Below, one piece after another: positions 1 through 11,470 of a stretch of DNA of 44,620 nucleotides. This DNA comes from Lama guanicoe. Lineage: Eukaryota. The notes under the pieces are model-generated. The model did no database searches, had not been told where the DNA came from, and worked only from the letters and a program-made list of their open reading frames with translations. A program made the translations under genes and the position numbers. Numbering within the stretch: the stretch's first letter is position 1; each line of letters starts with the position of its first letter. The stretch is from the NCBI GenBank assembly GCA_013239625.1, contig MU054085.1:307007-351626 (forward strand), read 5' to 3'.

Positions 1-98
1 ATTAAATCTCTTTGCTGTATTTTTCATTCCAAGTCTTTTTTCCTCTTTTTATTTTATTTATATTCTTCCAGTTTTATTGAGAGACAAATGACATCAAG

Positions 99-485
99 TG
101 CTTGTCAGCTCAGGGCGGCTGCAGTGGGATTTGAGGAGGTGAGTGGCCCTACTGGAAAAATGCACAAGGAGCTGCCATACCACGAGACAGACTGCACCAT
201 GAGCCAACACGGAGTGAAACAGCGCTTTGTTTCATTGCCACAAGGTGGTGCGTGCGCTCCGTGCTGCGCTGGTCCTGCTTTTATTTGTTTTTCGCCTGCA
301 CATGTACAGTGTCACTTTCTTTGTTCATGAGGCTTACAGAACACCACGAGCGCATGCGTACTTCTACTTTCTTTGTTGTAAAACTCATATAACCGGGGCA
401 TGCATACAATCATCATTTACTTTGTACTACAAACATGTTGTTGTGACTCTGGCCTTGGGCCCCACGGCCTACTCATTCAAGGACA
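99..485 (-). mobile_element. Probable solo LTR (ERV2/ERVK-like) inserted in the L1 3' end
   Basis: CpG-rich 387-bp block interrupting the L1 3' terminus. Begins TG and ends CA, flanked by tcaag (94-98) and tcaac (486-490); an alternative reading is an 8-bp repeat gacatcaa at 90-97 and 482-489. Minus strand has TATA-like AATAAAAG (278-285) and a degenerate polyA signal AATGAA (231-236). Confidence 0.65.
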
Positions 486-3400
486 TCAACAATGCTGTAT
501 AAGTTTCAGATGTACAGTACAATGATTTGACTTAATACATCAAGCAATGATCACCACAATAAGTTTAGTGAACTATAATCTATATAGGCACAAAATAAAA
601 TAGAAAGAAAAAGTCATATTTTTCCTTGTAATAAGAATTCTTGAAATATACCTTCTTGGCAACTTTCATATATGTCATATAGCTGTGTTAATTATATTAA
701 TCATGGTGCATATTACATCCCTAGTATTTATTTACCCTATAACTGGAAGTTTGTACCTTTTGGTCACCTTCATCCAGTTCCCCTCCCTGACATCTTACTT
801 CTCGTAACCACAAATCTGACCTCTGGTTCTATGAGGTTTTTTGTTTGTTTGTTTGTTGAAGTATAATTAAATCATAGTGATTCAATATTCCTAAACATTA
901 CCAAATGATCACCAGGTTAAGTCTAATTAAAATGACCTGTCACCATACAAAGATATTATATTGACTATATTCCAAATGACTATAATCCATTTCATCTGCA
1001 TGACTCACTTATTTTGTAACTGGAAGTTTGTGCCTCTTAATCTAAGCTCATTTAACTCATTCATCCCCCCACCACCCTTTCCTCCAACAACTCCTGATTT
1101 CTCTCTGTATCTATGACTGTGTTTCTGGTTGTTTGTTTCTTTTTTATTGGGTTTATTTTTAGATGTCACATATAAATGAAATCATATGTTATTTGTCTTT
1201 CTCTGCCTGACTTACATCACTTAGCGTAATAAACCTTCTGGGTCCATCCATGTTGTTTTAAATGGCAAGATATATTACATTCTTTATCCATTCATCTATG
1301 GATAAGCAGTTACGTTCCTGCCATGTCTCGGCTATTGTGAATCATGCTGTAATGACATAGGGGTGCACATATTATTTGGTAATTAGTGTTTTTGCTTCTT
1401 TGGGAAAATACCCTGAAGTGGAATTGCTGGATCGTGTATTAGTTCTAATTTGAATTTTGGAGGAAACTTTCATAATATTTTCAATAGTGGCTGCACCACT
1501 TTACATCCCCAGCAATAGTGCCCAAGGGTTCCCTTTTCTCCACATCTTTTCCAACACTTGTTATTTATTGTCTTTTTGAAAACAGCCATTCTGACAGGTG
1601 TGAAAAGATATCTTATGTTGGTCTGGTTTGCATCTCCCTGATGATCAGTGATGTTGAGCATCTCATCACGTGTCAGTTGGCTACTTGTATGTCTTCTTCA
1701 GATGTCTATTTGGGTCCTCTGCTCTCTTTTTAATTGAGACTTTTTTTTGATGTTGTGCTGTATGAGTTCTCTGTGTATTTTGGAGAGTAATATCTTATCA
1801 GATATATCATTTGAAAATATTTTCTCTCATTCATTAGGCTGCCTTTTCATTTTATTGACAGTCTCCTTTGCTGTGGGAAAGATTTTTAGTTTGATGTAGT
1901 CACATTTGCTTATTTTTACTTTTGTTTCCCTTGTCTGAGGAAACATATCCAAAAAGTTATTGCTAAGACTGATTTCAAAGAGCACACTGCCTATGTTTCC
2001 TTCTAAGAGTTTTGTGATTTCAGATATTACGTTTAGTTCTTTGAATGAATTTGATTTCAGTTTTCTATGTGGTGTAAGAAAGTAGTCCAGCTTGATTCTT
2101 TTGCTTGTACCTGGCCGGTTTTCCTACATTTATTGAAGAGGCTGTTTTTCTCCATTGTATACTCTTGCTTCATTGTCAAAGATTAATCGGCCATATAACT
2201 GTGAGTTCATTTTTGTGCTCTCTGTTCTGTTCTATTGACCTATATGTTTGTCTTTATGCCAGTGCCATGCTGTTTTGATTACTGTAGCTTTGTAGTATAG
2301 TCTGAAATCAAAGATTGTGGTATCTCCAGCTTTGTTCTCTTTTCACCAGATTGTTTTACTATTCAGGGTTTTGTGTTTCTATGAAAATTTTAGAATTTTT
2401 TTTTTAATTCTGTGACAAATGTTGTTGGTATTTTGATAGGGAGTGCATTAAATCTGTAGATTGCCTTGGGCAGTGTGGTCATTTTAATGATATTATTTAT
2501 TCCAATCAATGAACACATATGTCTTTCCATTTGTTCTTGTCTTCTTCAATTTATTTCATCAGAGTCATAGTTTTCTGAGTACAGGTTTTTTAGGTTTTTT
2601 ACCTCCTTGATTAGTTTTATTCTTCAGTATTTTATTATTTTTGATTGGACTGTAAATAGTATTGTTTTCTTAAATTCTTCTTCTGATGGTTCATTATTAG
2701 TGTATAGAAATGCAACAGACTTCTACATATTAATCTTGTATCTTGCAACTTAACTGAATTTACTTACTAGTTTAAATAGGGTTTTTTTGGGGGGGGGTTG
2801 GTGGACTCTTTAGGGATTTCCATGTATATTATTCTGTCATCTATAAATAGTGACAATTTTACTTTTTCCCTACCAGTTTGGATGAATCTTCTTTCTTCTT
2901 TCCTTCTTTGTTTCTTTGTTTCTTTCCTTCCTTCCTTTGTTTTTTTTGTTTGATTGCTGTGGTGAAGACTTCTAATACTATGTTAAATAGAAGTGGTGAG
3001 AGTGGCAATCCTTATCTTGATCATGATCTTAGAGGAAAAGATTTCAGCTTTTCATTATTGTGTATGATGTTAGCTATAGGATTGTCCTATACGACATTTA
3101 CTATGTTAAGGTATTTTCATCTTAGACCCACTTTCTTGAGAGTTTCTATCATAAGTGGATGTTGAGTTTTGTCAAAAGCCTTCTCTGCATCAAATGAGGT
3201 GATCATATGATTTTATTCTTCATTTGTTAATGTGGTATATAGCCCATGAGCTAACTGGTGTATACTGAGCCATCTGCATCCCTGCACTAGTTCCCACTTG
3301 ATCCACTTGATAATGATGTAGGATCCTCTTAATGCATTGTTAAATTCAGTTGCTAATATTTTATTCAGTATTTTTAATCTACGTCAGTGGTTGGCCTGTA

Positions 3401-4137
3401 ATTTTTTTGCTGGTGTCTTTGTCTGATTTTGATATTAGGGTGCTATTGGTCTCATAGAATGAGTTCAGAAGTGTTTTTTACTCTTTTTTTTTTTTTGAAT
3501 AGTTTGAGTAGGCTAGGCATTAAATCTTCTTTAAATGTTTGGTAGAATTCACTTGTGAACTTTTCTGGTCCTGGGCTTTTTTTGTTGGGATTTTTTTTAT
3601 TATTGATTCAATTCCATCACTGGTAATCGACCTGTTAATATTTTGTATTTCTGATTCACTCTTGGAAGATTGTACATCTTTAGGAATTTATCCTTTTTTT
3701 TTAGCTTATCCATTTTATTGGTGTATAATGTCTATAGTCTCTTACGATCTTTTGTTATTTCTCTTCTGTTGGTTCTAATTTCTATTTCATTTCATTTATG
3801 ATTTCATTTAATTGGACCAATATTTTTTCTTGAAGAAACTGGCCATAGGTTTATCAATGTTATTTATATTTTCAAAGAACCAAGTCTTCACTTCATTGAT
3901 CTTTTCTGGTTTTTTAGTCTTTATTTCATTTATTTCTCCTTAGATCTCTATTATTTCTACTAATTCTGGATTTTGTGTGTTCTTTTTCTAGTTCCTTTAG
4001 GTGTAAGGCCAGCTTGTTTGAGATTTCTCTTGTTTCCTGAGGTAGGCTATTATAGGTATAAATCTTCCTCTTGGAAATGCTTTTTCAGCATCTCCTAAAT
4101 TTTGATGATTGTGTTTCTGTTTTCATTTGTCTCTAGG

Positions 4138-4283
4138 TATTTATTCTGTTGAAGTACAGTGGATTTAAAATGTTACATTAGTTTCAGTTGTACAAAATAA
4201 TGATTCAATATTTTTATAGATTATACTCAGTTTAAGCTTATCATAAAATATTGGTTATAATCCCTGTGCTGTGTATTACATTT
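4138..4283 (-). mobile_element. Short 5'-truncated L1 3'-end fragment nested in ORF2 of the large L1
   Basis: ttgaagtacagtggattta...gtttcagttgtacaaaataatgattcaatatt...ccctgtgctgt resembles artiodactyl-type L1 3' termini. Host ORF2 sequence resumes on both sides. Confidence 0.7.
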
Positions 4284-7200
4284 GAAGGCAGTTTTTTATT
4301 TCCACTTTGATCTTGTCAGTGATGCACTGCTTGCTTAAGTAGCATATAGATTAGCCTCCATGTGTTCGTGTTTTTTGCAGTCTATTTTTTGTAGTTGATT
4401 TCTAGATCCATTACTTTGTGGTCAGAAAAGATGTTTGATAGGATTTAAATCTTCCTAGATATAAATATATTCTAAAATACATATAAGTTTATAAATATAA
4501 ATTTAATATTGAGACATTTTGTGGCTTAGCATGTGATTTATCCTAGAGACTGTTCTATATGCTCTTGAAAAGAGTGTGTATTCTGCTGGTTTGGGATGAG
4601 ATGTTCTGTATGTATCTATTTATTTCATTTGATCTAAGGTGTCAGTTAAGGCCAGTGTTCCCTCATTGATTTTTCTCTCTGGGTGTTCTGTTCTTTGATG
4701 TAAGTGGGATTTAAAATCCCCCACTGTTATTGTATTACTGTGAATTTCTCCCTTTATATTTGTTAAATTTGCTTTATATATGTATGTGCTCCAGTGTTGA
4801 TTGCATACGCATTTATAGTTGTTATGTCTTCTTGTTTGATCAATCCCTTTATTATTACACAGTGTCCTTATTTGTCTCTGATTACTGTCTTTGCTTTAAA
4901 GTCTATTTTGTCTGACATAAATATTGCTATCCCAGCTTTTCTTCATTTCTGCTTCACAGATTACATATTCAGCCCTTCAGATTCAGTCTGTGTGTGTCTT
5001 TAGATCTGAAGTGAATCTCTTGTAGGCAGCATAGATATGATTCTTGTTTTTAGCCATTCAGCAACTCTGTGTCTTTCAACTGAAGCATTTAATCCATCTA
5101 CACCTAAAGCAATTATTGATAGGAATGCACTACTACCATTTTGTTGATTTTTTTGTTTTTGTTTATTCTTCTTTTGCCTTCTTCCCTTGTGACTTGATGA
5201 CTATCTTTGGTGTTGTGTTTGGATTCCTTTCTCTTTGTGTGTATGTGTGTGTGTCTATTCTAATATTTTGGTTTATGGTTATTACCTTGAGATTTATTTA
5301 TAATTACATACATATGTATATGATTATTTTAAGTTGATAGTCCCTTAAGTTTGAATGCATTGTAACAGCCCTCCCTTTTACTCCCCTCTCCACTTTTAAT
5401 GTTTTAGCATTATATTTTTCATCTTTTATAGGTTGGTTTTGTGTATCATGAAACTACTAATTGTGAATGTAGATGGTGTTACCACTCTTACTTTTAACCT
5501 TCCTGCTATTCACCACCATTATTGTGGTATGTTTGAATTTATCAATGAGATTTTATTTTATAATTTTTATATATCTGGTTTAGTCTTTTCTGCTTAGAAG
5601 AGTCCTTTTAATATTTCCTGTAAAGCCAGTTTAGTGGTGCTGAACTCTTTCAGCTTTGCTTGTCTGTAAAATCCTATCTCTCCTTCAAATCTGAATGTTG
5701 GCCTGGCCAAGTAGAATATTCTTAATTGTAAGTTTCTCCATTATATCACTTTCAATATATTGTGCCCCTTCTTTCTTGCCTGCAAATTTTCTGCTGGAAA
5801 GTCAGCTGATAGTCTTATGGAAGCTCTTTTTCATGTAACTAGTTGCTTTTCACTTGTGGCATCTAAGATTCTCTTTTTATCTTTAATTTTTGAAATTTTA
5901 ATTATAATGTGTTTTGGTGTGGAACTCTTTGGATGTTTCTTTAGGGGACCCTCTGTGCTTCCTGGATTAGGATGTCTGTTTCATTCCCCAGGTTGCAGAA
6001 GTTCTCAGCTACTGTTTCTTTGAATAGGTTCTCTGCCATTTTCTCTCTTCCTTTCCTGGGATCTCCATGATGTGAATTTCAGTGTGCTTGATAGTGTCCC
6101 AGAGGTCTCTTAAATTATCTTAAAAGATATTTTTTCCCTTTCCTTGATCTGATTGGATGATTTCTACTACTCTGTTTTCCAGTTCACTGATCTGTGCCTC
6201 TGATTCATCTAACCTACTGTTGATTCTTTCTAGTGTTTTTTTTATAGTTAATTATATTATTCTGATCTGTTTGATTCTTATCTCTAGCTCTTTGTTAAAA
6301 TTGTCACTGTGTTCATCCATTCTTTCCTATAGTTCAATGAGCCTTTTTATAATTAGCACCCTGAACTCTGTGTCAGGTAAGTCGTGTATCTTTACCTCAT
6401 TTAGTATCTTTTTCTGAGTTTTGTCTTATTCCTCTTTTTGTAGCATATTATTATGTCTCATCATTTTGCCAAATTCTCTGTTTGCATATTTTGACCTACA
6501 TAAACATAGGTCAGGTATGATTCCTGACCTTGGAGAAGTGGCCTTATGTAGGAGACACTTTGTGAGGCACAGCATTATACTTGCCCTGGTCACCAGAGCT
6601 ATGCAGTTTAGTGATGTCTCCTATGTGGCCTGCATGGCCTTTCTGGTGTGGATGACTGACTATGGTGTGTGTGTTGGTGGACTTGGCTAGCTCCTCACCT
6701 GGTTGACTTCCAGACCCTGCTTCATAAGGTGACTGTCAGCTTGCTGTTGGTGGGGCTGTGTCCCAGGGCAGCTGGCTATACAGCCTGAGGGGCCCAGGGC
6801 TGGTGCCAACCTACTGGTGGTCAGGGATGTGTCCTAGAATTGTTTGCTGTGTGACTTGGGGGCCCTGGGGCTGTCTCTGTCCTGCTGGTGGGTGGGGCCA
6901 AGTCCTGGCCTGGCTGACTGCTTGGCCTGACGGGTTCCAGGACTGGTGTTGTTCTGCAGGTGGGCGATGAGCCCCTGGCCCTGATAGGCTATAGGGAGAA
7001 CTACAAAATGGTGTTTCCCATCACTAGGGTCCTTGTCAAAGAACAAGCTCCTAAAATGGCAGCTGCCGGGGGAGATTCAGTTACCTCCTTATCTCTGGAT
7101 CTGACCCAGGCTTCTTTCAAATTACTGTTTTTGTGCTAAGACTCAGAGGATGTGAGATTTTGCGCATGCCCTTTGAGAACAGTCTGTTTTCTACAGCCCT

Positions 7201-7842
7201 CCAGGTCCCTTGTATACAAGCTGCACTGGTCTTTAAAGCCACACTCACTCCTTAGGGAGAGCCTCTGGAATCGTGGCCATTTCCCTTTGTGGGCTGCCCA
7301 CCTGGGCGGTGTGTCTCCTCACTGTACTGTGTCTCCACCCCTTCAACCTGTCTCACTGTGGGTCTTTCTTTATGTCTTTAGTTGAGGAAAATCTGTCCTG
7401 CTGGTCTTCAGGCCAGTCTCATTGATGGGCAGAAAATATTTTCTGCTAGTTTTCAGGTGGTCCTCATCAGTAGTTGCTCTGTAAGTGGTCGCTCCCAGAG
7501 GCACCAATGGGAGGAGGCGAGCTCTGGGTCTTCCTACTCCGCCATCTTGGCCACATTTCCTCTAATTCCAAATCTGTGTGTGTGTGTGTGTTTTCAGTTT
7601 TATTTATACAAGGTCTAATTATGTTTATTTCTAAGTATTATGATTTTTCATGTTGAATTATTTTTAACTTAATAATTAATAGCTAGTATTACACTGCCAA
7701 CATTGCTTAGGAGAAACATTCATCTTAATCGTGGTTTACTGTTTATCTTCACTGGGAAGCACACCATAGATGGCCACGTGAGAAACATTTGACCAAAACT
7801 CAGGGGTCTGCAGTTTGGAACATTTCTCACTGGAATACTTAC

Positions 7843-8070
7843 TTGAAATCACCATTTGATTGTTTTTATGTGTGTGTTGGGAGGCACCGTCTTCTCTACC
7901 CCTACCCTCCATGCTATTCTTCTTCACCTTGACATTCACATGTGCCTTCCATATCTCCATTTTGACTTTTGTAAAAATAGTGCCCATCTCTTTGAGATGC
8001 CTCTTGGGACACTCAAACAAATGTTTATGGCTTGCAGCCCCTTTAAAATGAGATGCCCCAAACACAGCCT
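7843..8070 (-). other. Candidate 228-nt exon (phase-symmetric, open frame EAVFGASHF...NQMVIS)
   Basis: Minus-strand acceptor tttacacttgtttag and donor CAA|gtaagta. Length is divisible by 3 and it lies inside ORF 7736-8122. Peptide not recognised. Confidence 0.3.
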
Positions 8071-8584
8071 CTAAACAAGTGTAAATCCAACCATCCATTT
8101 TATTAGATATAATTATAAACACATTTTACTCAGTTTATTTGATATATAACCATAAGTGTTTTTTCATGACTTCCTTTGCCACCGATTTAAGTATTCTTAG
8201 ATAATACCTGTCTTTTTATATAGACTGCATATGTTACTGTCTATTCTTTCATTACAGATTTTATTCGTATAGTGAATAATTTTTAAAAAATACAAAAAAT
8301 GTTATTACTTTAATAAGTAACACTATTTTCTCATCCTTCTAATTTTGGATTATTGTATTTTATCCAAGTTCTTCACTAGAAAGCTTGGGATCATTACCTA
8401 GATTCTGCTTTAAACAAGCATAGATGGACTCTGACACTGTCATACAGGGTTCTGCTGCTAAAGCCACAGCTATTGAAGACAACAAAGCACTCTCATCATA
8501 ACGCATCTGTGGTCTACATTTTCCTTATGACTTTCCAGATCTACTCTCCTTCCTGTTCTTTGTACAGAGGTTGACTAGGGTACA

Positions 8585-8750
8585 TCCTGCTACACAAACT
8601 GTGGCGTTACACTAGGAGCACTGGCATCCTCACTGAGCGTGTCAGAAAAGCAGATTATTGAGCCCTGCCCAAGACCTGCTGAGTTAGAATTGATGGTTTA
8701 ACAAGACCCCTGCGTGATTCTAATACACATTAAAATTTGAGAAGCACTAG
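8585..8750 (+). mobile_element. MER5A-like hAT-Charlie DNA transposon relic
   Basis: agacctgctgagttagaa...tttaacaagacccctgcgtgattctaatacacattaaaatttgagaagcact resembles the MER5A/MER5A1 consensus as I recall it. Confidence 0.8.
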
Positions 8751-8879
8751 ACTTTATCAACAGACTCTCTTATCCTCTGGAGAATTCCAGTAGAAGGAGG
8801 GAGAAGGGGAGGAAAATAAGATTATTCTGCAGGGCCTCTCCTATTATGTTGACTGGGGTTGATTCAGATCCTCCTTTCG

Positions 8880-9083
8880 TGCCAGACTGATATATGTATC
8901 TCTCTGTCCAACATCTCCCTTCCCTCATCCCAATGGGTGGAATGGTGATAGCCTGGCTACTATCCTAGCTGTATGACCCCTGTAGTTCCTTTATATCTAC
9001 TCACTTAGAAACAATCCCTTTAAGTGAACCTTCCTCGAATTAGCACATATTCCATTGTTTCTCAGCAGACGCTAATGGATACA
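8880..9083 (+). mobile_element. Old ERVL LTR fragment (LTR33-like 3' end)
   Basis: Ends with aatcccttaagtgaaccttcctcgaattagc...ccattgtttc...ggataca, resembling the LTR33 3' terminus. Confidence 0.5.
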
Positions 9084-9230
9084 CCACAGTCACATGGAAA
9101 ACATTAGGGATTTGATTTTTCAGATACAACATCTCTTAATGTGGCCATAATGACTCTTATACCTAAAAAGATAACATCTAAGTAGAAATAAGAATGGCTG
9201 TTGCTCATCATTCTCCCATTGATTGCTTAC

Positions 9231-9294
9231 TTGTTTCCTAGGGAATGCTTTGAAATCTAGGTCACATATTATATTCTTTTCTAGCCATTATCTC
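9231..9294 (-). other. Candidate 64-nt exon containing stop codons
   Basis: Strong acceptor ttctttttgcttctttag and donor CAA|gtaagc on the minus strand. Confidence 0.4.
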
Positions 9295-10877
9295 CTAAAG
9301 AAGCAAAAAGAATTCACAAGGATAAAGGAGATAAAAAGAAAGTTAAATAGGTTGGCTGTATTGAGGTTGGAGAGTAACTGAATTACAGGTAAAACTGGCA
9401 AAGNNNNNNNNNNNNNNNNNNNNNNNNNNNNNNNNNNNNNNNNNNNNNNNNNNNNNNNNNNNNNNNNNNNNNNNNNNNNNNNNNNNNNNNNNNNNNNNNN
9501 NNNNNNNNNNNNNNNNNNNNNNNNNNNNNNNNNNNNNNNNNNNNNNNNNNNNNNNNNNNNNNNNNNNNNNNNNNNNNNNNNNNNNNNNNNNNNNNNNNNN
9601 NNNNNNNNNNNNNNNNNNNNNNNNNNNNNNNNNNNNNNNNNNNNNNNNNNNNNNNNNNNNNNNNNNNNNNNNNNNNNNNNNNNNNNNNNNNNNNNNNNNN
9701 NNNNNNNNNNNNNNNNNNNNNNNNNNNNNNNNNNNNNNNNNNNNNNNNNNNNNNNNNNNNNNNNNNNNNNNNNNNNNNNNNNNNNNNNNNNNNNNNNNNN
9801 NNNNNNNNNNNNNNNNNNNNNNNNNNNNNNNNNNNNNNNNNNNNNNNNNNNNNNNNNNNNNNNNNNNNNNNNNNNNNNNNNNNNNNNNNNNNNNNNNNNN
9901 NNNNNNNNNNNNNNNNNNNNNNNNNNNNNNNNNNNNNNNNNNNNNNNNNNNNNNNNNNCTTTAATATGGAGCAGAACCAGGTTCATTAACTGAATTTAAT
10001 GTGGAATATTGAATAATATTAATTATAACTGATAGTGCCAAGCATAATCCCATGGTGTGAAGCCTCTTAATGTCTTATTTTAAAAGTGTGAACAGGTGAA
10101 TAAAAAAAGGTGTAGCAAAAGCAAACTGCTAAATGAAATTCAAATCACCATATAGTCTTTTGAGTAAAATCAACTTTGGCCGTATTCCTCCCTAACAGGA
10201 AAATTTAGGAGAGTTGAGGAACCTCTTCCCCCTTGGCCTGAATGTAAGCCTACTAAAGTGAGAAATGTCTACCTTCTCTGGACTCTGGATAAAACCAATC
10301 TAGAAATTTCTGACACTTTTATGTTATTTGGTATTATTTTAAAAAATGCCATTTGAAGACTACTTTAAACAAAGAAAAATCAAGTATCAATATTAAAAAG
10401 CAATAGTCCATGATTTAGAATCCAAATGATATAATTATGAAAAGAAAAATATACTATGCTAATGCACCCCAAACCTAAACTTCATGCTGTTCTGCCACAT
10501 ATGAAGGTTCTGCTCTTCGTAAAATTGCAAAGTTTAATTGTGTGATTTCACTTTGTGCACAGCAGGGTAGCCATGTGCTCTAGAAAACTATGTGCGAGGG
10601 AAGCAACTTGTTGCGAGAGTGGGTGAGAATGCCCTGAAATAATTCTGAACAAGATAAAAATGTCTCTAAAATTGGACCATTTCTTCTAAAATGCAAAAGG
10701 CAGAGGTGTCCACTCAGGCACTAGCTTTTGAGCACAAATAGGAAGTCTAGCCCTTTCAAAATATTTTAACAAGGAAAATGATTTAAACGTCATAAACATC
10801 ACATTCATTGTGACCATCTCATTCACAGGTAGAATAATTAGCTTTGATAACCATTTGGAGAAATCAGTTACACTCAC

Positions 10878-10900
10878 ACAAAACCATTTTCATCTCTGAT
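10878..10900 (-). other. Candidate 23-nt micro-exon (IRDENGF in phase 0)
   Basis: cttccctttaaag|ATCAGAGATGAAAATGGTTTTGT|gtgagt on the minus strand. Confidence 0.3.
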
Positions 10901-11470
10901 CTTTAAAGGGAAGCCTCCATTTTAAATCAGTGTTCTATACATTATTATTTTCCCTTGCTTGCTCATTCTATAAAAAATTAGAAATATGTTAATATAAAGA
11001 ATAAGCTACCAAAATAAATGTCAGATTAATGATTACTGGTGAGCATTACACAGAGGTTGAAAATCTGAAAAAAATATCATTTATAGAATAAGACCATTGC
11101 TATGAGATGATGGTTTCAGTTAATATGAAAAGATACATGCTTCCTAAGATCTACTTAAAGGAGAACAAAAAACTGGGTCTTAAGAAATTCTTAAAATCTC
11201 TTCATAGGAATAATTCAAAAGTGTGGCTTTAAGGATAGCATTGTATAAAAACGTTAAAATAGTTACTTTGAGATATATCATTTGTGAAAAAAATAAATTT
11301 TCATTGCTTAATATTATCATAAAGGTCCTCAGGCATTTGGAGTATTCTTGTATAATACCTTTCAAAAATGCATAAACCTATTACCAAGTAAATTCTAATA
11401 TTTTATTTTTTATCTTCTTTTCCCCTGAAAGCAACTTATTCAACAAAATGTAATAATTAGAAGTATAAAA

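Larger units (their letters stand above)
37..7564 (-). mobile_element. Full-length, degenerate LINE-1 (laurasiatherian L1MA9-lineage type)
   Basis: T-rich tail at ~37-70, then an L1 3'UTR. ORF2-like sequence runs to an ATG at 5137-5139 (minus strand), followed by a degenerate endonuclease N-terminus (LSII.LNVNGLN.PIKRHR-like). ORF1-like region at ~5560-6420. GC-rich 5'UTR ending in the L1 5' motif CAAGATGGCGGAGTAGGAAGAC at ~7528-7549. Flanking direct repeats attccaagtct (26-36) and attccaaatct (7565-7575). Many stops and frameshifts. Confidence 0.95.

Noticed and set aside
672..7656. Many short Phe/Leu/Ser-rich plus-strand ORFs
   Set aside because: Antisense readings of the A-rich L1, not genes.
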